DNA of 64,000 nt from positions 65,294-129,293 of the forward strand of contig JAUIJE010000002.1 in the NCBI GenBank assembly GCA_030431455.1, written 5' to 3'. A program made the translations under genes and the position numbers. Source of the stretch: a bacterium (GTDB lineage: Bacteria > Myxococcota > UBA727 > JAUIJE01). Below the pieces are notes generated by a model, which saw only the letters and a list, made by a program, of their open reading frames with translations, ran no database searches and was not told the origin of the DNA. This document shows positions 36,907-46,590 of the stretch, piece by piece (within the stretch, counting starts at the first letter, position 1; every line of letters begins with the position of its first letter).

Positions 36907-37635
36907 ATGTTGTGGCGGGTGATGTGTTTGGTGTCGGTGTTGTCGTTGCCGGTGGTGGTGGCCTGTCCCGGCCAACCGGAGCCGGGTGATGGAGACGGCG
37001 ACGGGGACGGCGACGGGGACGGGGACGGGGATGGAGATGGCGACGGGGACGGCGACGGGGACGGAGATGGCGACGGCGACGGGGACGGAGATGGAGATGG
37101 CGACGGGGACGGAGACGGCGACGGGGACGGCGATGGAGATGGAGATGGCGACGGGGACGGCGATGGCGACGGGGACGGAGATGGAGACGGCGATGGAGAC
37201 CTGGCGGACACCGCCGCGGTGGAGGCATGCCCGTCGACGGCCAGCTGGCCGGACCCGGACGTGCCGGAGAGTTTCCAACGCTTGGTGTTCGCCGACGAGA
37301 CCCGCGCGGTGATCGTGTACCGCACCTACGCCGGGCAAGGCGCGGGCTTCACCGCGGTGTTCGAGCCCGGCGGGTTCGGCCTCGACGACGGCACCGACGT
37401 GACCTGCGTGAACGACCCCGCCGACCTCGAATACGATTGGAGTCATCACAACTGGGCGGACGAAGCCCGAGCCACCATCGGCGACCTGACGTATCACCAG
37501 ACCATCAACTACCAGCCGGTGGGCGATCCCGTGACCTCGGACTGGGTCTGGACCTTCATCCTCACCGCCGAGAACGAAAACGGTGACGTGGTCGAAGGCC
37601 CCTATGCATTGACTTTGGTGTCGGGCATGACCTGA
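36907..37635 (+). CDS. lipoprotein, hypothetical (paralog B, with inserted (GD)n linker)
   Basis: Start at ATG 36907 (MLWRVMCLVSVLSLPVVVACPGQPEPGDGDGD...), then a domain paralogous to 36312..36878 (VIVYRTYAGQGAGF..FEPGGFGLDDGTDVTCV..HHNWADEARA). Confidence 0.6.
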   Translation: MLWRVMCLVSVLSLPVVVACPGQPEPGDGDGDGDGDGDGDGDGDGDGDGDGDGDGDGDGDGDGDGDGDGDGDGDGDGDGDGDGDGDGDGDGDGDGDGDLADTAAVEACPSTASWPDPDVPESFQRLVFADETRAVIVYRTYAGQGAGFTAVFEPGGFGLDDGTDVTCVNDPADLEYDWSHHNWADEARATIGDLTYHQTINYQPVGDPVTSDWVWTFILTAENENGDVVEGPYALTLVSGMT

Positions 37636-39272
37636 GCCGGCCGGGCGCTGACCGCCTTGGCGTCGCGCAGCTCGAACGAAAACACAGTGCCCTTGGGCTC
37701 GTTGTCGCGCACCGCGATGGCGCCGTCCATGCCGCTCACGAGGTGTTTGACGATGGACAGGCCGAGGCCGGTGCCGCCCATGGCTTTGCTGCGCCCCTCG
37801 TCGACCCGGTAAAAACGCTCGAACAACCGCGCGTGGTGCTCGGCCGGGATGCCGGGCCCGTTGTCGGACACGTACAGCTCGATCCAGCCATCGCGCACCC
37901 GGCGGGTGCCGATGGTGATGGTGGACTTTTCGGGGGTGTACTTGACCGCGTTCTCGACGAGGTTGATCAACACCTGCTCCAGCCCTTGGCGGTCGGCGAG
38001 CACGCTGGCCCCGCTTTCGAGCTGAAGCTTGACCCGGGTGTCCTTCTGCTCGATGCGTTCGGCGAGCACATCGCCCACCGCCCCCACCGCGTCGGCCACG
38101 CGCACGGGCTTGAGCTCGGGGTCAAAGCCCCCCGACTCGATGCGCGCGAGGTCGAGCAGGTCGTCGATGAGATTGGTCAGGCGCTCGACGTTGCGGCGCA
38201 TGGCCTCGAGAAAACCCGTGGCGCGCTCTTTGTCGTCCATCGCCCCGTCGAGCAAGGCCTCGACGTTGGCCCGCAGCACCGCCACCGGGGTGCGCAGCTC
38301 GTGCGACACGTTGGCCACAAAGTCTTGCCGCATGCTCACCAGCCGGCGCAGCTCGGTCACGTCGACCACCGCCAACGACGCGCCCTTGGTCTCGCGGTGG
38401 GGCGTGAGCCGCGCGAGCAGCTGGCGCTTCATCGGCCCGGGCAGCGCAAACTCCACCGTCTCGGTCTGGCCGACCTCGAGCTCGCCCACCTTGGCGAGCA
38501 GCGCTTCGAGCTCGGGCGAGGTGATGAGCTCGGTGAGGTGGTGGTTGCGCACGTCCTTGTCGGTCTTGCGCAACAGCTCCAGCGCGGCCCGGTTGGCGAG
38601 CTTGATGCGGCCAGTGCGCCCGAGGGCGAACACCGCTTCGTCCATGTTGGACAGCGCGGTGCGGAACCGGTCGCGCTCCTTGGCCAGCCGGCGCATCGCC
38701 CGGCGCAGGTCCTCCTCGAGCCGGTTGAACGACCCGGCCAACGCTTGCACCTCGTCGCCCACGGGGGATTCCCGGCCGTGCTCATCGAGCTGGCGGGCGC
38801 GGACGACCAAGGACTTGAGCCGCCGGGTGAACGTGGACGCGGTCACGAACAGCACCAGGGACAGCGCCATCAACGCCGACGCGCCCCCGAGCACGAGCGC
38901 GATGCGCAGCTCGCGCAACACCCGCTGCACCTCGAGGAGCGACCCGGTGATCTCCACCCGGTGCGGGGTCCCGTCGCGCACCACGTCGGTGACCACCACC
39001 AAGTCGGTGCGCCCCTCGTGCACGCCCACCGGGTCCTCGACGCCGGTGCGCACGGTGAGGCCCGGGGGCAGGTCTTGGCCCCCCACCGCGGCCGCGGCCC
39101 AGGCGGTGAGCCGGTCGGCGTCGCGGGTGACCAGCCGGTGGTGCAGCGCGCGCTCGGCCAGGGCCCCGACCCCCATGCCGAAAACAATGAATAGCCCGGC
39201 GCCAATGATCATGACCTGGGCCCGCAAGCCCAGCCGTTGCCAGAGCAACCAGCGCGAAGGGCGGCCCGCCAT
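37602..39272 (-). CDS. sensor histidine kinase (PhoR-like: TM, HAMP, PAS, HisKA, HATPase)
   Basis: H-box SHELRTP; N-box NLVENAVKYT; G-boxes DNGPGI and GGTGLGLSIV. Confidence 0.85.
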   Translation of the reverse strand: MAGRPSRWLLWQRLGLRAQVMIIGAGLFIVFGMGVGALAERALHHRLVTRDADRLTAWAAAAVGGQDLPPGLTVRTGVEDPVGVHEGRTDLVVVTDVVRDGTPHRVEITGSLLEVQRVLRELRIALVLGGASALMALSLVLFVTASTFTRRLKSLVVRARQLDEHGRESPVGDEVQALAGSFNRLEEDLRRAMRRLAKERDRFRTALSNMDEAVFALGRTGRIKLANRAALELLRKTDKDVRNHHLTELITSPELEALLAKVGELEVGQTETVEFALPGPMKRQLLARLTPHRETKGASLAVVDVTELRRLVSMRQDFVANVSHELRTPVAVLRANVEALLDGAMDDKERATGFLEAMRRNVERLTNLIDDLLDLARIESGGFDPELKPVRVADAVGAVGDVLAERIEQKDTRVKLQLESGASVLADRQGLEQVLINLVENAVKYTPEKSTITIGTRRVRDGWIELYVSDNGPGIPAEHHARLFERFYRVDEGRSKAMGGTGLGLSIVKHLVSGMDGAIAVRDNEPKGTVFSFELRDAKAVSARPAQVMPDTKVNA

Positions 39273-39974
39273 TCAGCCGCGCGCCTCGGGGGCTTTTTGG
39301 GCAAAGCGGTAGCCGAACCCGCGCACGGTCTCGACGTAGCCGCCGGCCTCGCCGAGCTTCTCGCGCAGGCGCTTGACCGTGGTGTCCACCGTGCGGGTGG
39401 TGAGGTCGGGCCGCACCTCCCACACGTCGGAGAGCAGGGTCTCGCGGGTCTGCACCCGGCCCTTGCGAAGAAAAAGTGTCTCCAACAGACGGAACTCGAG
39501 CGAGGTGAGCGCGACCTCGTCCTCACCCACGAACACTTGTTTGGCGTCCATGTCGATGGTGAGCACGCCGAACTTGCCGAGCTTGCTTTTGGTCGGCTCT
39601 TGTTTGCGCCGAAGGATCGCCTTGACCCGAAGCAGGAGCTCACGCACCGAGAACGGCTTGACCACGTAGTCGTCGGCGCCCATCTCGAAGCCCACCACCC
39701 GGTCGATCTCGTCCCCCCGCGCGGTGGCCATGATGATGGGCACGTCGGCGAGCTTCTCGTCGTTGCGGATGGACCGGCAGATGTCGAGACCGCCCATGTC
39801 CGGCAACATCAGGTCGAGGATCACCAGGTCGGGGGGCGGCAACTCCCGGGCCTTCTCGAGGGCGGTCTTGCCGTCTGGGGCGGCCACGGGCTCGTAGCCT
39901 TCTTTCTCCAGTGAATAGCAGACGGCCTGCAACAGGTCCGCTTCGTCTTCGACCACCAAGATGCGTTGGGCCAT
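39273..39974 (-). CDS. response regulator, OmpR/PhoB family
   Basis: Start at ATG 39974 (MAQRILVVEDE...). Winged-helix C-terminus ...VETVRGFGYRF. Confidence 0.85.
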   Translation of the reverse strand: MAQRILVVEDEADLLQAVCYSLEKEGYEPVAAPDGKTALEKARELPPPDLVILDLMLPDMGGLDICRSIRNDEKLADVPIIMATARGDEIDRVVGFEMGADDYVVKPFSVRELLLRVKAILRRKQEPTKSKLGKFGVLTIDMDAKQVFVGEDEVALTSLEFRLLETLFLRKGRVQTRETLLSDVWEVRPDLTTRTVDTTVKRLREKLGEAGGYVETVRGFGYRFAQKAPEARG

Positions 39975-40110
39975 GCGGGCGCTCCGACGAGAAGTGTGCA
40001 CGGTTCGGGTAGTGGGTTGGCCCGGGGGTGTCAAAACCGCATTGCACGAGATCAATGCCATTGTGACAGGCGGGTGACAGGCGCGCCACCTCGGCGGGGC
40101 ACGGCGAAGC

Positions 40111-41760
40111 TCAGTACCGCTCGGGGGTGGCGGGGAGCGCGGAGGGGGCTTCGATGTTCTGACGAACGGTGGCGAGCCACTGGTCGCTGCGCACCGAAGC
40201 GGAGACCCGGACCTCGTCGATGTCGCCCTCGGTGGGCCAGGCGCCGGCGAGACTCCAGACGTTGCCGACGACCAGGCGGTCGGTGTCGGCGGTGAAGGTC
40301 TGGCCTGAAGTCACCGTGGCGGACGCGTTCTGGTCGGCGTTGAGGGTGCCTTGGGCGGTGGGCCCGGCCCCGCTGAAGTCCAGCCGGGTGACCAGAAAGC
40401 GGGGCGCGGTGTCCGACCCGGGCACGATCACCGCCGCCGCGTAGGCACTGTTGGCCGCCCGCCCATCGAACAGAAACGCGCTCCCGTTGAACCAGATGTT
40501 CAAGCTGTAGTCCGAGCCCGGCGCGCCGCCGGGCTGCTCGAGGCCGGCGACCTGGTAGCCGCTGTTGTCGTCGTTGTTGTCCAGCCACGCCGACACCGTG
40601 GCCGCGGGCATGCTCGCCACCAGGGGCAGGTCGTTCCACCTGCACCCCCCGCTGCCCGGGTTGTTGGGGGTGCGCTGGGCGTACCCAATGTGGTTGCTCC
40701 CAAGCGCCAATGTTGTTTGGTCATCGCACTGGTCGGCGGGCGCGCCGGTGATCACATCGGTGGGCAGACCCGCTTGGTTCGGGGTCATGTGGGTCACAAA
40801 CGCGTAGCCCGCGTCGAGCCACACCGCGACGGGGTCGTTGCCCGGGGGCGGCGCGGGCTCGACCAGCTCGTCGTAGATGTCGATCACCACCGGGGCGGTC
40901 GCCGACAACCCCGCGCTCACCCACATGTAGCCGGGCTGGTCCTCGTCGGGGGCGAGCTCGATGTCGTACGCCGCGGCCTGGCCGTTGGCCACCACCCGCG
41001 CGTCCTCGGTGAGCACGGTCTGGGCCGGCACCTCGACCAACCAGGGGAAGGGCGCGGCGAGCGCGACCTGGGAAAAGCCCGCCCCCACCGTGCGGTACCG
41101 CTGGCGGCGGTTGAGGTCGGCCCAGTCGGCCGGCACCGCGGTGGTCTCGAGCTCGAGCTCGACCTCGTGGCCGGCCGCGGCCCGCAGCGTGACCGCGAGA
41201 CGGGCCGCGCAGGGGTCGACAAACGCCACCGCCACCGTGAGGTCGGGGCCGCTCAGGTCGGTCATGGCCGACGGCAACGTGGCGCAGTCGTGCAGGGGTT
41301 GGACCACGACGTCCACCTGGCCGTTTTGCAGCCCGGTCACCGGCCCGGTCACCGACAAGACCGTGGGGGTGACGTCGTTGTTCAGGACCGTGCGGTGCAC
41401 AAGCGCCACCGCCCACGTCGGGTCGCCGTCGCCTGAAGAACCGGCGTCGACGGCGCCGCCATCAGGCGGCCCGTCGCCGTCACCGTCGCCGTCGCCGTCG
41501 CCGTCACCTGAAGAGCCGGCGTCGACGGCGCCGCCATCAGGCGGCCCGTCACCGTCACCGTCACCGTCGCCTGAAGAGCCGGCGTCGACGGCACCGCCGT
41601 CGGGGCGCCCGTCACCGTCACCGTCACCGTCACCGCCCCCCGCGTCGGCGGCGCAGGTCGGCCCTTCGCACGGGGCTGCCCACCAGAACGAACACCCCCC
41701 GCCCGCGAGCGCCAACCAGAGCACCGCCAACCCGAGCGGGACGCGAACCGCCTCCTTCAT
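40111..41760 (-). CDS. lipoprotein with N-terminal Cys motif, (GD)n linker and C-terminal LamG/concanavalin-like domain
   Basis: LALAGGGCSFWWAAPCEGPTCAAD, then GDGDGD repeats; the C-terminal ...VGNVWSLAGAWPTEGDIDEVRVSASVRS has the LamG pattern. Confidence 0.65.
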   Translation of the reverse strand: MKEAVRVPLGLAVLWLALAGGGCSFWWAAPCEGPTCAADAGGGDGDGDGDGRPDGGAVDAGSSGDGDGDGDGPPDGGAVDAGSSGDGDGDGDGDGDGPPDGGAVDAGSSGDGDPTWAVALVHRTVLNNDVTPTVLSVTGPVTGLQNGQVDVVVQPLHDCATLPSAMTDLSGPDLTVAVAFVDPCAARLAVTLRAAAGHEVELELETTAVPADWADLNRRQRYRTVGAGFSQVALAAPFPWLVEVPAQTVLTEDARVVANGQAAAYDIELAPDEDQPGYMWVSAGLSATAPVVIDIYDELVEPAPPPGNDPVAVWLDAGYAFVTHMTPNQAGLPTDVITGAPADQCDDQTTLALGSNHIGYAQRTPNNPGSGGCRWNDLPLVASMPAATVSAWLDNNDDNSGYQVAGLEQPGGAPGSDYSLNIWFNGSAFLFDGRAANSAYAAAVIVPGSDTAPRFLVTRLDFSGAGPTAQGTLNADQNASATVTSGQTFTADTDRLVVGNVWSLAGAWPTEGDIDEVRVSASVRSDQWLATVRQNIEAPSALPATPERY

Positions 41761-41778
41761 ACACGCCAGTGTAGCCCG

Positions 41779-44073
41779 CTAGCGTCGCCGACGACGCGCG
41801 GCGAAGGCCAGACCGAACAGGCCGAGCCCCGCCCACGCCGCGTCGGCCGGGGTCTGGCTGTCGCAGGTGCAGCCCCAAGGCCCATCCTGGCCGGGCCCGG
41901 CATCCTGACCCCCGGGTACCCGGCCTCCATCGAGCCTGGTCCCCGCGTCCCCGGAGCGCCCCGCGTCGATGACGGGCGCCGCGTCGGGCATCGCCGCGTC
42001 GGGGGTGTTCGCCGCCGCGTCGGGGGTGCTCGCCGCCGCGTCAGGGGTGTGGGCCGCCGCGTCGGGGGTGTGGGCCGCCGCGTCGGGCACGGCCGCATCG
42101 GACGCGCCTCCGTCGATGACGACCACACCCGCGTCGACCCCGGCGTCTGGGGGCTCGGGCATGGGCTCCACCGCCCGGTTGGGTCCCGCCTCGGACGTCG
42201 CGCCATCGCTGTTCACGGTCAGCGCGGTCACGGGCATCCCCAATGCCACTGGTGTGTTGAGGGCCGTGGGCATGGGCAGCACACAATCAAACTGCCCGGC
42301 CAAGACCGGGCACGCCCCGAGATGGTCCCCGGGCTCTCCGTGCGGGACCGCGGCCCCGCCGGGCGTGGTGGCGCCGGCGTTGTCCCCGTCGTCGTTGGCC
42401 ACGTGCACGCGCACCTCCGTGACCCCCGGGGAGCCCACCGTACCCACCACCCACAGGTCCCCGTCGTCGGTGAGCGCAGCCAGAGTCAAGACCGGCATGT
42501 CCACGGGCGCGCCTTGGCCGTCGTTGGGCGTGACCCCCGGGCCCGCGAGATCGACGCCGAGCCCGGCGCTGTCTGCGCTCACGCTGCGATCCCAGGCCAC
42601 GACGTCGGCCGCCCCCTGCGCACGCACCGCCGCGCCCCCGTTCTGGGTGAACCAAGACCGCCGCACGGTGCTCAACGTGCCCGGCCCCCCGATGAACACC
42701 CCGTCGCCGGCCGCGCCGGTGAGGGTGCTGTCCTCGATGAGCAACCCCCCACCGCCCCCGCCGAACGCGTCGAGGTACACCCCGCTGAACCCGCTGTCCC
42801 GCACCACGGAGCGCACGATCTCGTCGCCGGTGGTGCCGGACAAAAACACCGCGGGGGGGCCACTCGCGGCCACGCCCTCGACCACACACTCCTCGAGCCG
42901 GACCTGGCCCCCCATCATCTCGACCGCGCCGCCCGACACCGCAATGAGACTGCGCTTGATCGTGAAGCCGGTCTCGCCGAAGGCGTTGAACGCGCCGAGC
43001 GGATAGAGCGCCCCGAGGCCCGGCGGCACCGGCGCGCCCAGTTCGTCAACCCCGATGAACATGTCCTCGACCACCGCGTCATCCCGCTGGGCCACCACCC
43101 CCGCCCCCTGCAGTCCCATGGCGCGCACGCTGCCCGCGGGGGCGGCGAGGCTGAGCGGAAATTCTAAGGTCGCCCACAACATCGGCACGGCCAGAGGCGC
43201 GACCTCGAGTTCGTCCCCGGACTGCGCGATGCCGTCGGGCCCGACCCCCACCGGGCCCACCGGGTAGCTGGCCCCGGTCCAGACCCGCTGCGCGCCGAGG
43301 GGACAGGTGATGCCGTTGCACCACGCGCGTCCGTCGACGGGCACGGTCAGCGACGGCAGGGGGCTCAGCGGCGTCACCCGGAACACCTCACCTCCAGGAT
43401 CATTGGGCGGCACCGCGGGCACAAAACGCACCGCGTCGGCCACCCCGACTTCAGCATTTTGCAGCGCCTGGCGGAACGAGCCCTGGACGGTCTGGGCGCC
43501 GGGGGGCACGTCGTCGCCGTCGCGCGGATGGGTCACGACCCCGGCGGCAAACCCGAACACCAAGGCCTCGGGACCCGCTCCGCTGGCTTCTGCCACGTGT
43601 TCGGCCACGCCCACGTTCTGGAGTTGTACATCGGACCCTCCGCCGGTGCGGCCGCCGAAGCAGGGGCCTGGCGCCCCCCGCTGCAGGGTGCCTCCACTCC
43701 CGTCGGCACAGAACGCCCCGCGGCCGCCGTAGGTTTGTTCGGCCCACGCGGGAGCGGGCAGCACCGTGAAGCTGTTGACGGCAAACCACCAGGTCCCGTC
43801 GACCACGGTGAACACGGCCGTCCCGGTCGCATCGGTGGTGGCGAAGGCGAGGGGCAAATCGTCGATGCCCGTCGGTACGCCGTCGAGGAGGTCTTGGTAC
43901 GCGATGACCTCGACGCCCTCGAGGGGCACCCCATCGGCGATGTCCCCGTCGCCGTTGGGATCGAGCAGCACCGTCACGGTCACGTCGAGGGCGGCCGCCC
44001 CGGGGGCCCAAAGGCACGTCAACAGCCCGAGGGCGCGCAGGGAATGGGTGGGCCATGGGTGGCGTGTCGTCAT
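41779..44073 (-). CDS. secreted right-handed beta-helix protein with MYXO-CTERM sorting tail
   Basis: Signal peptide; DVTVTVLLDPNGDGD (Cna-B-like); beta-helix region with SFRQALQNAE motif. The C-terminus GCTCDSQTPADAAWAGLGLFGLAFAARRRRR is Cys plus TM plus Arg tail. Confidence 0.75.
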   Translation of the reverse strand: MTTRHPWPTHSLRALGLLTCLWAPGAAALDVTVTVLLDPNGDGDIADGVPLEGVEVIAYQDLLDGVPTGIDDLPLAFATTDATGTAVFTVVDGTWWFAVNSFTVLPAPAWAEQTYGGRGAFCADGSGGTLQRGAPGPCFGGRTGGGSDVQLQNVGVAEHVAEASGAGPEALVFGFAAGVVTHPRDGDDVPPGAQTVQGSFRQALQNAEVGVADAVRFVPAVPPNDPGGEVFRVTPLSPLPSLTVPVDGRAWCNGITCPLGAQRVWTGASYPVGPVGVGPDGIAQSGDELEVAPLAVPMLWATLEFPLSLAAPAGSVRAMGLQGAGVVAQRDDAVVEDMFIGVDELGAPVPPGLGALYPLGAFNAFGETGFTIKRSLIAVSGGAVEMMGGQVRLEECVVEGVAASGPPAVFLSGTTGDEIVRSVVRDSGFSGVYLDAFGGGGGGLLIEDSTLTGAAGDGVFIGGPGTLSTVRRSWFTQNGGAAVRAQGAADVVAWDRSVSADSAGLGVDLAGPGVTPNDGQGAPVDMPVLTLAALTDDGDLWVVGTVGSPGVTEVRVHVANDDGDNAGATTPGGAAVPHGEPGDHLGACPVLAGQFDCVLPMPTALNTPVALGMPVTALTVNSDGATSEAGPNRAVEPMPEPPDAGVDAGVVVIDGGASDAAVPDAAAHTPDAAAHTPDAAASTPDAAANTPDAAMPDAAPVIDAGRSGDAGTRLDGGRVPGGQDAGPGQDGPWGCTCDSQTPADAAWAGLGLFGLAFAARRRRR

Positions 44074-44241
44074 GCTGTCCCCCTCGATGAAGCCGTGCGC
44101 CAGTGTACGGCCTGCCGAGACCGCGCAGACGAAGCGCCCCCGGATGAGGCATCAACGAGCGGACCCGCACCCGCGCCGAGGGCCGCGTGCGCCCCGCGGT
44201 GGGCCGGGCCCGTTGTTCCGCGTGGGGTGCGGGGTCGCCCG

Positions 44242-46431
44242 CTAGCGGCGGCGTCGCCGACGACGCGCGGCGAAGGCCAGACCGAACAGGCCGAGCCCCG
44301 CCCCCGCCGCGTCGGCCGGGGTCTGGCTGTCGCACGTGCAGCCCCCCCCGTCGCCGTCGCCGTCGCCGGCATCCGCGCCCGGCCCCGCGTCGGCCGCGAC
44401 CGGCCCCGCGTCTTGTCCGGCATCGGGCACGACCACGGCCGCGTCGGGCGCCCCCGCGTCGATGCCCGCGTCGATGCCCGCGTCGATGCCCGCGTCGATG
44501 CCCGCGTCGGGCGGCATCGGGACCGGCTCGACCGCGCGGTTGGGGCCCGCCTCCGAGGTGCGCCCGTCGGGGGCGTGGGCGAGCGCGGTGAGCGGCACAT
44601 CCAATGCCACTTGGCCGTCGAGGGCCGCGGGCACCGCGATCACACAATCGAACGCGCCTTGGTCGTCGACGGGGCATTCGCCCAACCGGTCGCCGGGCTC
44701 GCCGTGCGGGCCCGTGGTCGCCCCCGGGAACGCGACCCCGTCGTTGTCCCCGTCGTCGCGGGCGAGGTGCACACTCACCACGTCGAGGCCCACCGTCCAC
44801 GCGGTCCCGGGCAGCCCGACCGCGCCGCGCATCCACAGGTCACCCTCGTCGGTGAGCGCGGCCAAGGTCAGCACCGGCATGTCGATGGGCCCTTCCGCCC
44901 CGTCGTTGGGGGTGACCCCGGGTGAATCCAGGTCGGGGCTCGGCCCCACGTTGTCGTGGCTGACGTTGTGCGTGTAGGTCACGTCGCTCGCCGCCACCGA
45001 CGCGCGCAGGCCCGGACCGGCGTTGTTCGCCAACCACGACCGCTGCACCGCGTGCGCGCCCGCGGGCCCGAGGTAGACGCCCTCGCCCTGCGCGGCCTGC
45101 ACGGTGCTGTCCTCGACGGAAAGGCCGATGCTCGTGCCGAGCCCGTCGAGGTAGATGCCCGCGCCGGCGGTGTCGTGCACGAAGGTGCGCACGACCTGGT
45201 CTTGGCCCCGGTCCCCGGACAGGAAGATCGCCGGCGGCCCGCCCGCGGCCGGGCTCTTGATTTCGCAGTCTTCGACGAGAATCGATCCCCCGGCCATCTC
45301 CACCGCGCCGCCCTCGACCCCCACGAGGCTGTGTCGGAGCACCGCCCCGGTGACCGCGGCCGTGCTCGAGACCCCAATGGGGAACAGCGGGCCGGGACCG
45401 GGCGCCACCGGCGCGCCGTCCCCATCGACCCCCATGAACACATCCTCGACCACCGCGTCGTCGCGCTGGAGCACGATGCCGGCGCCGTTGATGCCGATGC
45501 CCCGCACTTCGCCCGCGGGCGCGGCCACCGACAAGGGGTACTCGGTGTTGATCCACAAGCCCGGCACCGCGAACGGTTCCACCACCGCCTCGTCCCCGGA
45601 GTCGGCGATGCCGTCGGCCCCGACCCCCACCGGGCCCCCGCCGAGGGTCGCGGCCGGGCGCGGGGCGCCCAGGTCGCCGACAATGCCGTTGTATAGAGGC
45701 CGGCCATCGAACGGCACCGTCACCGGGGGCAGCGCGTTGGGGGCCAACACGGTGTACACGTCTTCGCCTTGGCTGCCTGTGGCCGCGGGCGCGTCCGCGG
45801 GCACAAACCGCACGCTCTGTACCGCGCCGGCTTCGGCGTTTTGCAGGGCCTGGCGCAACGAGCCCTGGACGGTGCGCAGGGTCGCGGCGTCGTCATCCCC
45901 GTCGCGGGTGTTGGTCACCACCGCGGCGGAAAAGCCAAACACCAACGTGACTGTGCCCGGCCCCGCGACCTCCGCGATGTGCTCGGCGAGCGCGGGGTTG
46001 GGCGCCAGCGCGTCCGAAGCGCCCGCGGAGCGCCCGCCAAAACAAGGACCGTCGTCGGCCCGTTGCATGGTCCCGCCGACCCCGTCGGCGCAGAACGCCC
46101 CCGTGCTGCCGTACACCTGCTCGAGCCAGACCGGCGCCGCGGACAGGCTCGCGCTCGCGACCGTGATCCAAAAGGTCGAGTCCGCGAGGCTGAACGTCGC
46201 CTGGCCGCCGCTGTTGGTGTTCTTGGCGTCGGACAGCACATCGGTCACGCCGGGGATGCCGTCCCCGTTGTCCAAATACGCGAGCACCTGCGCGCCCTGG
46301 TCGGGGGCCGCGTCCGACAGGTCACCGTCCCCGTTGGGGTCGATCATCACCGTCACCGTCACGTCGAGGGCGGCCGCCCCCGACGAGAAAAGACCCACCA
46401 CCGCCGCCACCCACACCGCTGCTCCGCGCAT
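44242..46431 (-). CDS. secreted right-handed beta-helix protein with MYXO-CTERM tail (tandem paralog)
   Basis: Real start at ATG 46431 (MRGAAVWVAAVVGLFSSGAAALDVTVTVMIDPNGDGD). It ends ...GCTCDSQTPADAAGAGLGLFGLAFAARRRRRRR. The listed 1552-aa ORF 44242..48900 is this gene fused in-frame to antisense of PBP1A. Confidence 0.75.
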   Translation of the reverse strand: MRGAAVWVAAVVGLFSSGAAALDVTVTVMIDPNGDGDLSDAAPDQGAQVLAYLDNGDGIPGVTDVLSDAKNTNSGGQATFSLADSTFWITVASASLSAAPVWLEQVYGSTGAFCADGVGGTMQRADDGPCFGGRSAGASDALAPNPALAEHIAEVAGPGTVTLVFGFSAAVVTNTRDGDDDAATLRTVQGSLRQALQNAEAGAVQSVRFVPADAPAATGSQGEDVYTVLAPNALPPVTVPFDGRPLYNGIVGDLGAPRPAATLGGGPVGVGADGIADSGDEAVVEPFAVPGLWINTEYPLSVAAPAGEVRGIGINGAGIVLQRDDAVVEDVFMGVDGDGAPVAPGPGPLFPIGVSSTAAVTGAVLRHSLVGVEGGAVEMAGGSILVEDCEIKSPAAGGPPAIFLSGDRGQDQVVRTFVHDTAGAGIYLDGLGTSIGLSVEDSTVQAAQGEGVYLGPAGAHAVQRSWLANNAGPGLRASVAASDVTYTHNVSHDNVGPSPDLDSPGVTPNDGAEGPIDMPVLTLAALTDEGDLWMRGAVGLPGTAWTVGLDVVSVHLARDDGDNDGVAFPGATTGPHGEPGDRLGECPVDDQGAFDCVIAVPAALDGQVALDVPLTALAHAPDGRTSEAGPNRAVEPVPMPPDAGIDAGIDAGIDAGIDAGAPDAAVVVPDAGQDAGPVAADAGPGADAGDGDGDGGGCTCDSQTPADAAGAGLGLFGLAFAARRRRRRR

Positions 46432-46590
46432 CGCGTCCCCCTGATTCCGAGCGTCCCCGCCCGTCGAGTCACCTACCTTTTCCCACAAATGCCACCCCCG
46501 CCGCCACTTTCTTGCCCCCGGCGAAATGGGTGCTAGCTTGGCGCCGTTGGTCTCCCTGAGGGGCCACTGGACCCATCCCCTGAGGGCAGC

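Noticed and set aside
35391-37325. 644-aa minus ORF rich in SPSPSP, and other SP/DA/RP-repeat ORFs (e.g. 8905..9837, 13154..13906, 56786..57850)
   Set aside because: These are the antisense or alternate-frame readouts of (GGCGAC)n DNA that encodes (GD)n linkers in real lipoprotein genes.
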